In this document: positions 50,301 to 58,110 of the stretch, piece by piece
How positions within the stretch are numbered: the stretch's first letter is position 1
Layout: every line of letters begins with the position of its first letter
Source: Candidatus Gastranaerophilales bacterium
GTDB taxonomy: Bacteria > Cyanobacteriota > Vampirovibrionia > Gastranaerophilales > Gastranaerophilaceae
Length of the DNA: 64,000 nt
Direction of reading: 5' to 3'
Assembly (NCBI GenBank): GCA_944327255.1
Contig: CALVHA010000008.1
Location: 11,482-75,481, forward strand
Position numbers and translations under genes: made by a program
Notes under the pieces: model-generated
Told to the model about the DNA's origin: nothing
Seen by the model: the letters and a program-made list of their open reading frames with translations, nothing else
Database searches by the model: none

Positions 50301-50375
50301 AACTTTACCGTCAATTGTATCAATACATTCCTGCTGCTTAACATTTGGTTTAATATTAGCCATTTTTAACTCCAC
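47322..50375 (-). CDS. UvrD/PcrA-type superfamily 1 helicase fused to a C-terminal PD-(D/E)XK nuclease with 4-Cys (Cas4/AddB-like) cluster
   Basis: VLAGPGTGKT, LVDEYQDTN, NNRS, YHGSKGREFEYVYL, FVGITRAK. Nuclease part: SPSRLNDYIKCPRRFFY, GKIDRIE, LYDYKTGK, QLCFYKY, CENCEYKQIC. Confidence 0.85.
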   Translation of the reverse strand: MELKMANIKPNVKQQECIDTIDGKVMVLAGPGTGKTFTVIQRIKAMLEMGIKPETILCLTFSDAAAGEMRERLIREMGVLASSVDIFTYHSFCNDIIKQNPTQFDLSANVKLITDTIAVQLMKETIDEVNPKFFVAQRADKYHFVKDFLNYIPKLKSFRIDKETYLSNIETNPSLMPRIKELESEIYEREQSGKTQNKTRYNEIEKIKTNIGKAKELWEIFEVYSDKMFRNNLIDFSDMINFVLDQFEADRVFLKEVAGKYKYFLVDEYQDTNDLQNAIIFNLLDGVEDQNIFVVGDDDQIIYGFQGAKSDNLENFLTKYPDTKVICLEENNRSAQNILNLSYAIISQDERRLENNERFKEYKISKKLTAKNQRVIEKERKIRRWQFGDLIQEYNHIVDDIENIINTACPVNSDGEKQLSQIAIISKKRAELAEFARLLEARNIAFQIDEGKSIFEIRSSILIYFYLKALFNPVLSSDKLFGLLLAEPFNIDYEDYRTLFRENKINRKDFITNMRRLDKWSNPEKINNFLKTFDYLKDFVSTNNLRKSVIEVINRTGILEYFVRSEKNKSENILGIKKILDEVNEFSSSNPTVSIADFLEYLDSSLENEIDITVDKNSMTRNAIQLVTYHGSKGREFEYVYLPNLVSRVWEDFRMPGEYKFITEIPLSKEEAQAQKDTELLKLLFVGITRAKYGLTLSFADNDGDKAQQITKFLTPVNDFDFDKAQFEYNDDEFTSEFVRSVSKEVLNNRKFLENEIKEQIKKIVLSPSRLNDYIKCPRRFFYIKVMGIDIEEKEWDYANFGTVVHAVFENSVRIAKKLGQYPSFDEAVSMFNKLLRETAFSSEAKRDMFIKRGENILKNYYPHFVETSPDRIVDIEFALDAVQVGDDFISGKIDRIEVNKDGTYELYDYKTGKPVNENKVALGEEKEGYYNQLCFYKYAFEKLTGKKVSKTGLIYVENHEKNVYKELTLDDMRYIEDKIKEVYAKIKELKFDPPLKDKQSPCENCEYKQICMLDII

Positions 50376-50466
50376 TCTTGCTGCTCTTTTATTTTATTAT
50401 ACTAAAAAATATGACAAATTCGGACTTATTCTAAAAATTAAAACGTAAAGATTTTTTTGTAAACAA

Positions 50467-50495
50467 CTGACAAGAAACAAATATTTTGTTATCAT
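50467..50495 (+). promoter_or_regulatory. Candidate sigma70 promoter for the 50523 operon
   Basis: CTGACA, 17 nt, TATCAT. GAGG RBS before the ATG. Confidence 0.35.
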
Positions 50496-50522
50496 CTTAT
50501 TAGAAAAAGAACAGCTGAGGTT

Positions 50523-51227
50523 ATGATGATAAAAAAAATTATAGTATTGTTCGCAATGCTTTGTATTCCAATAGCTGCGTATGCAGAAGAAAATTATGAA
50601 CAGAAACTGATAAACGAACAAACCATTCAGAACAGAATTGATAATGTCGGAGTTAAACTTTTAAACGCAAATAAAATTCCAAGAAGAATAATTTTTGTAT
50701 ATAATGAAGCGGAAAAAAAATCAAAATTAAAGCTTGATACAACAATGACCAGCAGACAGGTTATTATGTTTGATAATGCATACAAGTCTATAGAAAATGA
50801 TGATGAATTGGCTGCTTTTCTTGCAAGAGAAATCGTATTGGCAGCAAAATCTTTTGACAGAGAATTTGCAGGAGGATTAAATACTTTACAGATAAAAGCT
50901 GCACCGAAAAAATATGAAATTATTGCAGATAAACTTGCTGTAAATTTTATGGTTAAAGCGGGCTATGATCCGATAGGTCTTATTACATATCTTCAAAAAA
51001 CAGCCCCGCAAAGACGGTTTGACAAATTCTCAAACAGAAATTTAACTTCTAAAAGGCTTGCAATTATCTATGAATATATATATACAAAGTATCCATACTA
51101 CCTTGCAAATAATAAGTATTTTGAAAACGAACACTACCAAAACTTCCTGTTAACATCTGTCAACAACAGAAAGATGCTGCAACAAAAAATTAAAAACGGT
51201 TCTAAGGAAGAATTACACTATGAATAA
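50523..51227 (+). CDS. Secreted M48-like protein lacking the HEXXH zinc motif
   Basis: Signal peptide (LCIPIAAYAEE). DDELAAFLAREIVLAA occupies the position of ..HE..H. in M48 peptidases. Downstream AGYDPIGLITYLQK is typical of the family. Confidence 0.45.
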   Translation: MMIKKIIVLFAMLCIPIAAYAEENYEQKLINEQTIQNRIDNVGVKLLNANKIPRRIIFVYNEAEKKSKLKLDTTMTSRQVIMFDNAYKSIENDDELAAFLAREIVLAAKSFDREFAGGLNTLQIKAAPKKYEIIADKLAVNFMVKAGYDPIGLITYLQKTAPQRRFDKFSNRNLTSKRLAIIYEYIYTKYPYYLANNKYFENEHYQNFLLTSVNNRKMLQQKIKNGSKEELHYE

Positions 51228-51837
51228 TAAATTAATATATACACTAATTCTACTTTTAGGATTAAGCAATATCACATATGCAAATACTTTAATTCAAGAC
51301 GAACTTGTAAATGAAACTCTTTTAAATAAGAAAATTGAAAAACCAGCACCAAATTTAAATTATAATTTTGAAGATACTGATGTCATAGAAATAAGACTGC
51401 TGATTAACGATCCCATTAAATCCGAAAAAGACGTATATGAGGGTCAACCTGTAACTTTCAGAATAGCCTCTAATGTCCATTATAAAGGGAAAATTCTTGT
51501 TAAAAGACATACTCTTGTTCCAGCAAAAGTTGAAGTTATCATAACAAGTGGAATGAATGGAATCCCTGCAAGCATTATTTTCGGGAGTTTTGATATTAAA
51601 AATCTCGACAGTAGACTTCTAACAGACTTCTATGAAGTAAGAGGTCAGGACAGAAGTTTAATGGTATATCCGTTAAAATGGGCTTTAACTATACTTCCGC
51701 CAAGTGGAACTCTCACAAATTTTATCAAAGGCGGACACGCAAAACTTAAAACAAATAATATTATAAAATTATACTACCACCCAAACTGGGATAAAACCGC
51801 AATACAAAAAAATGAGCAAAAAACAAATGACCTATAA
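51220..51837 (+). CDS. Secreted hypothetical protein
   Basis: Signal peptide (LLLGLSNITYANT). Overlaps both neighbours, suggesting an operon. Confidence 0.5.
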   Translation: MNNKLIYTLILLLGLSNITYANTLIQDELVNETLLNKKIEKPAPNLNYNFEDTDVIEIRLLINDPIKSEKDVYEGQPVTFRIASNVHYKGKILVKRHTLVPAKVEVIITSGMNGIPASIIFGSFDIKNLDSRLLTDFYEVRGQDRSLMVYPLKWALTILPPSGTLTNFIKGGHAKLKTNNIIKLYYHPNWDKTAIQKNEQKTNDL

Positions 51838-52348
51838 TATATTTGGTGAAACCAACAGATTAATTTTAAGAAAAATGTCATTTGATGACTTTGACGAAAT
51901 TGCTCAAATTATGCGAGGAGAAAATGTTCAAAAAATTTGGGGATATTACTTTTCTGAAAATGATATAAACGATTGGATTAATAAAAATATAGCCTTATAT
52001 GAAAAATATAATATGGGCTTTTTTATTGCAATTGAAAAAGAAACCAAAAATATAATCGGACAAATAGCAATCAAACCTGATATCATTAATGGTAACAACA
52101 TTATTGAAATCGGTTATATTCTAAAAGAAGAATATACCAAACAAGGTTATGCTACAGAAGGTGCTGAGTTTATGACAAATTATGCATTTACAAAGCTGAA
52201 TTTAAACCACGTTATTTTTGAGATACGCCCGATAAACACCGATTCCATTAATGTTGCAAAACGTTTAGGAGCAAAATTGCAGGGACAATTTATAAAAAAT
52301 GTAAGAGGTAAAGATATGGAACATTATATCTTTACCCTTACCAAATAA
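51812..52348 (+). CDS. GNAT family N-acetyltransferase (RimJ/RimL-like)
   Basis: TNRLILRKMSFDDFDEI..., EIGYIL.EEYTKQGYATEGA, N..S..VAKRLGA. Confidence 0.75.
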   Translation: MSKKQMTYNIFGETNRLILRKMSFDDFDEIAQIMRGENVQKIWGYYFSENDINDWINKNIALYEKYNMGFFIAIEKETKNIIGQIAIKPDIINGNNIIEIGYILKEEYTKQGYATEGAEFMTNYAFTKLNLNHVIFEIRPINTDSINVAKRLGAKLQGQFIKNVRGKDMEHYIFTLTK

Positions 52349-52349
52349 C

Positions 52350-54002
52350 CTAAACAGCCGTTAGCGTTGAAGCTTGCTGTATTTTATCTTTTGTGAGCAC
52401 ATTATATAAATTTTTTCCACCACAGAAAGATAAAACATTATCAAAACCAAGCTGATGTAGTATTCTGCATGCAACATAACTTGTAAAGCCCCGTCTGCAA
52501 AAAATTACAACCTTTTTATCCCTAGGGATTTCATTGTAACGTTTTCTGATTTCTGTTGCAGGAATTGAAATTGCACCCTCAATAGTCCCCTCATCATAGG
52601 CGTTTTTAGGACGGACATCAACTAAAACAGCATCTTTTAAATCATCATAAAATGCAGGTTTGAATAAACCGTCCAAAATATTTTGTGATGACATACCTAT
52701 AATATTTACAGGATCTTTTGCGCTTGAATAAGGCGGAGCATAGCAAAGTTCAGAATCGATAAGCTCCTGTATCCCACCACCAGAACGCATTATAGAAGAT
52801 ATTACATCTATACGTTTTTCAACACCTTCATAACCCACAGCCTGCGCTCCTAAAATTTTACCCTCTTCAGTAAACAATAATTTTATGACAAGAGGTGTTG
52901 CTCCTGGATAATATCCGGCATGCGAATTACTCTGAATTATATTTTTTAAATATTTAATATTTAATTGTCGCAACTGTCTTTCGTTCTTTCCAACAGAGGC
53001 AACCGTTTTATCAAAGACCTTAATTACTGCCGTTCCTTGAGAATTTTTATACGATGTAAGTTTTCTATTATGTATCGATGCAAAAATATTATCCGCAATT
53101 ATTCTTCCCTGCCTATTTGCAGGCCCTGCCATAGGAATAAAAGCAGGTGCGTCTGTCACTAAATCCTTAACCTGTATACTATCACCGCCAGCCCAAATAT
53201 CACAGACTGATGTCTGCATATATTCATTAACTTTAATTGTATTATTTATACCAAGTTCAAGCCCGCAATGCATAGCAAGTTCGGTATCAGGTTTAATTCC
53301 AATCGCAAGAATAATAATATCAGCTTTTATACATTTTCCTGATTGAAGTTCAACTTCTTTTGCCCGAAAAGCTTTTACGCCGTCATTGAAAACCAAATGA
53401 CAACCTCTTTCTCTAAGTTCATTTTGGGCGAAACAGACCATATCAGGGTCTATATTTAACAGAATTTGAGGGGCAAGTTCTACAAGCGTGGTATTCAAAC
53501 CAAGTTCAATTAAATTTTCGGTCATCTCAACCCCGATAAATCCGCCTCCAATAACTAACGCATTTTGAGCTTTTGTATATTTTACAAAAGCCTTAATTCT
53601 ATCAGCATCATTAAGTGTTCTGACCGTGAACACATTATCATTCCTAATACCTTCAATCGAAGGGATAACTGGACTTGCACCTAACGCCAGAACCAAATTA
53701 TCATAACTCAATTCATAGTCATTATTCACAACAACTTTTTTTGAATTTCTATCTATAGAAGTAACTTTAGAATTAAGCCTTACTTCAATATTCAACAAAT
53801 CTGAAAAAATCGCAGGTTTAGCCACAATCATATTTTCTCTATCATCTATAATATCAGAGCAAAAATATGGCAATCCGCAATTAGCAATTGATATTTCATC
53901 CGTAGCTTCCAAAATAATTATTTGGGCATTTTCATCAAGCCTTCGCAAACGCGCAGCACAACTTGCACCACAAGCGCCACCGCCGACAATTATAGTTTTC
54001 AT
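52350..54002 (-). CDS. CoA-disulfide reductase / NADH oxidase-family flavoprotein with C-terminal rhodanese domain
   Basis: IIVGGGACGAS, redox Cys in SIANCGLPY, second Rossmann VIGGGFIGVE, C-terminal rhodanese with VIFCRRGFTS active-site loop. Confidence 0.85.
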   Translation of the reverse strand: MKTIIVGGGACGASCAARLRRLDENAQIIILEATDEISIANCGLPYFCSDIIDDRENMIVAKPAIFSDLLNIEVRLNSKVTSIDRNSKKVVVNNDYELSYDNLVLALGASPVIPSIEGIRNDNVFTVRTLNDADRIKAFVKYTKAQNALVIGGGFIGVEMTENLIELGLNTTLVELAPQILLNIDPDMVCFAQNELRERGCHLVFNDGVKAFRAKEVELQSGKCIKADIIILAIGIKPDTELAMHCGLELGINNTIKVNEYMQTSVCDIWAGGDSIQVKDLVTDAPAFIPMAGPANRQGRIIADNIFASIHNRKLTSYKNSQGTAVIKVFDKTVASVGKNERQLRQLNIKYLKNIIQSNSHAGYYPGATPLVIKLLFTEEGKILGAQAVGYEGVEKRIDVISSIMRSGGGIQELIDSELCYAPPYSSAKDPVNIIGMSSQNILDGLFKPAFYDDLKDAVLVDVRPKNAYDEGTIEGAISIPATEIRKRYNEIPRDKKVVIFCRRGFTSYVACRILHQLGFDNVLSFCGGKNLYNVLTKDKIQQASTLTAV

Positions 54003-54109
54003 AAAATTACTCCATCATTCTAAATTGAATTATATTATATATTAACTGCAAATAATTGTCTATGTTTGTGTTAGAATATAAAAATCACGAAATATAAATA
54101 GGAAAAATT

Positions 54110-55738
54110 ATGATTACAACAAATAAATTAACTGTAAGATTTGGTTCACAAACACTTTTTGAAAATGTTTCAATAAAATTCGTTCCAGGTAACTGTTACG
54201 GAGTAATAGGAGCAAACGGAGCCGGAAAGAGTACTCTTTTAAGAGTTATATCAGGCGAAATTGAGCCAACATCCGGAGAAGTAAATATTTCAAAAGGACA
54301 AAGAATTGCTGTTTTAAAACAAAACCACTTTGAATTTGATGAATATAAGGTAATTGAAACAGTAATCATGGGGCATAAAAAGCTTTATGAAATAATGAAA
54401 GAGCGTGATGATATTTATGCCAAACCGGATTTCAATGATGAGGATGGAATTAAGGCTGCACACCTTGAAGAGGAATTTGCAGAACTTGACGGTTGGCAGG
54501 CAGAATCTATGGCCGCATCTCTATTATCTGAACTTGGCATTCCGGATGAACTCCATAATATGCAAATGAAAGATCTAGCTGGAAGTGAAAAAGTAAGGGT
54601 TTTGCTTGCGCAAGCCTTATTTGGAAATCCTGATATACTATTGCTTGATGAGCCTACAAACCACCTTGATATAAATACTATTACCTGGCTTGAAAACTTC
54701 TTAATAGATTTTCAAAATCTTGTTATCGTCGTTTCGCACGACAGAAAATTTCTTGATAGAGTCTGTACACATATGGCTGATATAGACTATAAAAATATTC
54801 AATTATACACAGGAAATTATTCTTTCTGGTCACAGGCAAGCCAGCTGATTAAAAAACAAAAAGAAGAACAAAATAAAAAAACAGAAGAAAAAATGGAAGA
54901 ATTAAAAGCCTTTATTGCAAGATTTAGTGCAAATGCTTCAAAGGCAAAACAGGCAACTTCCAGAAAAAATATGCTTGATAAACTTTCTCTGGAAGAGATT
55001 AAGCCATCATCAAGGCAATATCCAAGAATAAGATTTAATTATCAAAAAATACCTGGGAAAGATGTTCTCTCAGTAGAAGGTCTTACAAAATCCGTTGACG
55101 GCGAATTATTATTTAAAAATTTACGCTTTGAAGTGTATCAAGGTGAAAAAATAGCATTTATAGCAAAAGATCCTCTGATTATTACAACGTTATTTGAAAT
55201 TTTAGCAGGGAAGGCCGAACCTGATGCAGGAGAGGTTAAATGGGGCGTAACTGCAACAACCTCTTATTTCCCGAAAGATAACAATTTCTATTTTGAATCA
55301 GACTTAACCATAATGCAGTGGCTTGCTCAATATTCCCCAGACCAGCATGTAAACTTCTTAAGAGGGTATTTAGGTAGAATGCTGTTCTCAGGAGATGAAG
55401 CTGACAAAAAAGTTAATGTTTTATCAGGTGGAGAAAAAGTCCGTTGTATATTAGCAAAAATGATGATAGAAGAATCAAATGTTATGATATTTGATGAGCC
55501 CACAAACCATCTGGATTTGGAGGCAATAACTGCATTAAATAATGCACTGATTGATTATACAGGAACTGTTCTCTTCACATCACAGGATTATCAATTTATA
55601 CAAACGGTTGCAGATAGAATAATAGAAATATCACCACAAGGATATATTAACGTCAGAACCAAATATGAAGATTACCTGCAAAATCCTGATATGATAAAAC
55701 GCCGTAATGATTTATATAAAATGGCTGTAAAAAAATAA
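54110..55738 (+). CDS. ABC-F family ATPase (two NBDs, no TM; YbiT/EttA-like)
   Basis: GANGAGKST + LAGSEKVRVLLA + LLLDEPTNHLD in NBD1, charged linker, LSGGEKVRC + IFDEPTNHLD in NBD2. Confidence 0.9.
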   Translation: MITTNKLTVRFGSQTLFENVSIKFVPGNCYGVIGANGAGKSTLLRVISGEIEPTSGEVNISKGQRIAVLKQNHFEFDEYKVIETVIMGHKKLYEIMKERDDIYAKPDFNDEDGIKAAHLEEEFAELDGWQAESMAASLLSELGIPDELHNMQMKDLAGSEKVRVLLAQALFGNPDILLLDEPTNHLDINTITWLENFLIDFQNLVIVVSHDRKFLDRVCTHMADIDYKNIQLYTGNYSFWSQASQLIKKQKEEQNKKTEEKMEELKAFIARFSANASKAKQATSRKNMLDKLSLEEIKPSSRQYPRIRFNYQKIPGKDVLSVEGLTKSVDGELLFKNLRFEVYQGEKIAFIAKDPLIITTLFEILAGKAEPDAGEVKWGVTATTSYFPKDNNFYFESDLTIMQWLAQYSPDQHVNFLRGYLGRMLFSGDEADKKVNVLSGGEKVRCILAKMMIEESNVMIFDEPTNHLDLEAITALNNALIDYTGTVLFTSQDYQFIQTVADRIIEISPQGYINVRTKYEDYLQNPDMIKRRNDLYKMAVKK

Positions 55739-55819
55739 TTATTCATACCTAAGGTATTGAAAAAAATTTTTTTCGGTGTTTAATATTAAGTGTCTAAATT
55801 ATACTTGTTAGGACTAAAA

Positions 55820-56512
55820 ATGACTCTGAGTATTAACAGGCAAACCCACTTTACACAAAATCATAGCAAATATAATAATGTCACTCCAGCAACAAAAACC
55901 GGAGCACTAATCGGAAGTATTGCAGGAGTCGGAACGGCTTTAACATATGTAGCAAAAGGTCACGGCTTAAAACCAGCTGTAATGTTTATGCAGCCTGCAA
56001 GGACGTTGAAAACGTTTAAGAATATTGAATTAAAAGGTAAAGAAGTAATAGCAATCGCCTCATCTTCAATTCTCGGTGGATTTATTGGCGGTTCCGTTAC
56101 GGATGGGAAAAATTCAAAATATAAAGCCAAAGAAGGTATAGTTCAATTAATTGGAAATTATATTATCCCTACTTTATTTGTCAGTGGCGGTATAAAGATG
56201 AATAAAATTATGAACAAAAAATTCAATTTCCCTCCGGTTGTAGGACCTGCTCTATTCGGATGCGGTATGGCAAGCTTAATTGCGGGAGTAATAACAGGGA
56301 ATGCTGTTTCAAAAGGATTAAACAGAAGATTATTCAATGAAGATTCACCAAGGAAAATAAATTGGAAAGACTGGGCTTTGCAATTTGATAACGTTTGTCT
56401 TGTAACTTCTATATCAAATTCAGGAACCAACATAGCCAAAATTGCATCAAGATTGATCCCTATTGCACATATTTTGCCCGGTTATTTAACAGGTATACAA
56501 AAAAAGAATTAA
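55820..56512 (+). CDS. Hypothetical glycine-zipper membrane protein
   Basis: TGALIGSIAGVGTAL, SILGGFIGGSV, FGCGMASLIAGVITGNAV. Start ambiguous (GTG 55790 or ATG 55820). Confidence 0.45.
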   Translation: MTLSINRQTHFTQNHSKYNNVTPATKTGALIGSIAGVGTALTYVAKGHGLKPAVMFMQPARTLKTFKNIELKGKEVIAIASSSILGGFIGGSVTDGKNSKYKAKEGIVQLIGNYIIPTLFVSGGIKMNKIMNKKFNFPPVVGPALFGCGMASLIAGVITGNAVSKGLNRRLFNEDSPRKINWKDWALQFDNVCLVTSISNSGTNIAKIASRLIPIAHILPGYLTGIQKKN

Positions 56513-57426
56513 TACCTTAAAGGAATTTTTGAACGATTAATTGTTTTCTTATCATAACCGAAGTTTGAAAGCATACGACAGGTGCTTGTATAAAAAATAT
56601 TTTCATCGAGAGTAGGACCTATATTAATAGAGTTAACCGTACGTTTCAAAAACTTGTATTCAATGTATGGGATAAATAAACCGTTCTTTTCAAAAATTTT
56701 TGTCTGCTTATATGAAGTAGGACTATAGTTGCTTATAAAAATAATTCTATATTCTTTTTCATCCTTAAAATGAGGATTTTTAAAGAATAAGCTTATAATA
56801 CTCAAAATATCGACAAGTTCAAAAAGTACATCTTGTTGTTTTTCAAGATTTTTTTGAGTTTTCTTAACATTTAAAAGTTTTTCAAATTGCTTATTCCACT
56901 TATCAAAAATAAGTTTCAGGATAGTAACCTGTGAATCTCTATTATAAATTATATTGCCGTATACAGAATGAAATCCTTGCTTTTCCATATCTGTAACCAG
57001 ATCTTTTTTACAAAAACCGATATTATACCCAGTATAAGTCTGTCCTTTAGAATAATTATTCCAAAGTGTAAGGTTATCATTATCAGTTGAAAAAGATATT
57101 GTGTAATATTCATACTTATTCAAAAAACTGTCATCGCCATCAATTATGTTCTTATATTTTTTATAAAAATAATCTTTAATTTTACCAAACAATGACGGAT
57201 TAAGTGCAGGCATCTCATCAATAAGATTAACTATCAATTTATATGAATAAGTAACTTCCTCTTTATCATTCAAATAAAGCGCATTAGAAAATCTTATAGT
57301 ACCTGATTCAAGAATACTCAAAAGTTTTTCGGGTTTAGTATAGTGATAAAGAATGCTATTTGAACCATCATCAAGAATTTTTTTTACTTTAGGAATTTTT
57401 TTTAATAAGCTGTCATAATCAATCAT
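56509..57426 (-). CDS. DUF2971-family protein
   Basis: ILYHYTKPEKLLSILESGTIRFSNALYLNDKEE matches the DUF2971 N-terminal signature as I recall it. Confidence 0.6.
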   Translation of the reverse strand: MIDYDSLLKKIPKVKKILDDGSNSILYHYTKPEKLLSILESGTIRFSNALYLNDKEEVTYSYKLIVNLIDEMPALNPSLFGKIKDYFYKKYKNIIDGDDSFLNKYEYYTISFSTDNDNLTLWNNYSKGQTYTGYNIGFCKKDLVTDMEKQGFHSVYGNIIYNRDSQVTILKLIFDKWNKQFEKLLNVKKTQKNLEKQQDVLFELVDILSIISLFFKNPHFKDEKEYRIIFISNYSPTSYKQTKIFEKNGLFIPYIEYKFLKRTVNSINIGPTLDENIFYTSTCRMLSNFGYDKKTINRSKIPLRY

Positions 57427-57491
57427 CTTTCATAAACTCCAGCAACATCTATATCCTTATTATAACATATTTTCATCCAAATTTAATTATT

Positions 57492-58001
57492 TTAAATAAT
57501 ATACTTTTGCAAAATCAATTTTTTTAAAGCCTTGGCATGAACAGCATCAGGTTCAATTTGGATAAGCTTCTCAAGATATTCAAGAGCACAATGATAATCC
57601 CCGAGTTTTTTCTGAGCGGCAGCCATCGCATAAAGAGCATCTACAAATTTATCATCAAGTTCTAATGCTTTATTCAAATCTTTAATAGCATTATCAATAT
57701 TAGGATTATCAATATCTTTTCTAGATAAAGTTATTCTTGCACGATTATAATATGCATCAGTCATTTTATCGTTAATCTGTAAAGCCTTTGTGTAATCAAG
57801 CATTGCTTCATCGAAATTTTCCATAGCCTGATAGGCAACCCCTCTATAAAAATAAGGGATTTCCCAATCATTTTTCAATTCTAATGATTTATTTATATTA
57901 TCTATGGCACTTTGATATCTGCCATTTTGTATATCAAATATTCCGTTATCCAAATAAAATTTATAATCAGTCATAATATCCGCTAAATTAATAAATTGCA
58001 A
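57492..58001 (-). CDS. TPR-repeat protein
   Basis: Several canonical TPRs (YFYRGVAYQAMENFDEAMLDYTKALQINDKMTDAYYNRA...). Confidence 0.7.
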   Translation of the reverse strand: MQFINLADIMTDYKFYLDNGIFDIQNGRYQSAIDNINKSLELKNDWEIPYFYRGVAYQAMENFDEAMLDYTKALQINDKMTDAYYNRARITLSRKDIDNPNIDNAIKDLNKALELDDKFVDALYAMAAAQKKLGDYHCALEYLEKLIQIEPDAVHAKALKKLILQKYII

Positions 58002-58110
58002 ATATATTATAAACCAATCAATTTTATAAAACCATATATTATAATTTTCGGTTGCGGTGTAATACTTTTTTTGTTACAATCTGAAAGTTAATCAAAGGAG
58101 CTTTTTTTAA

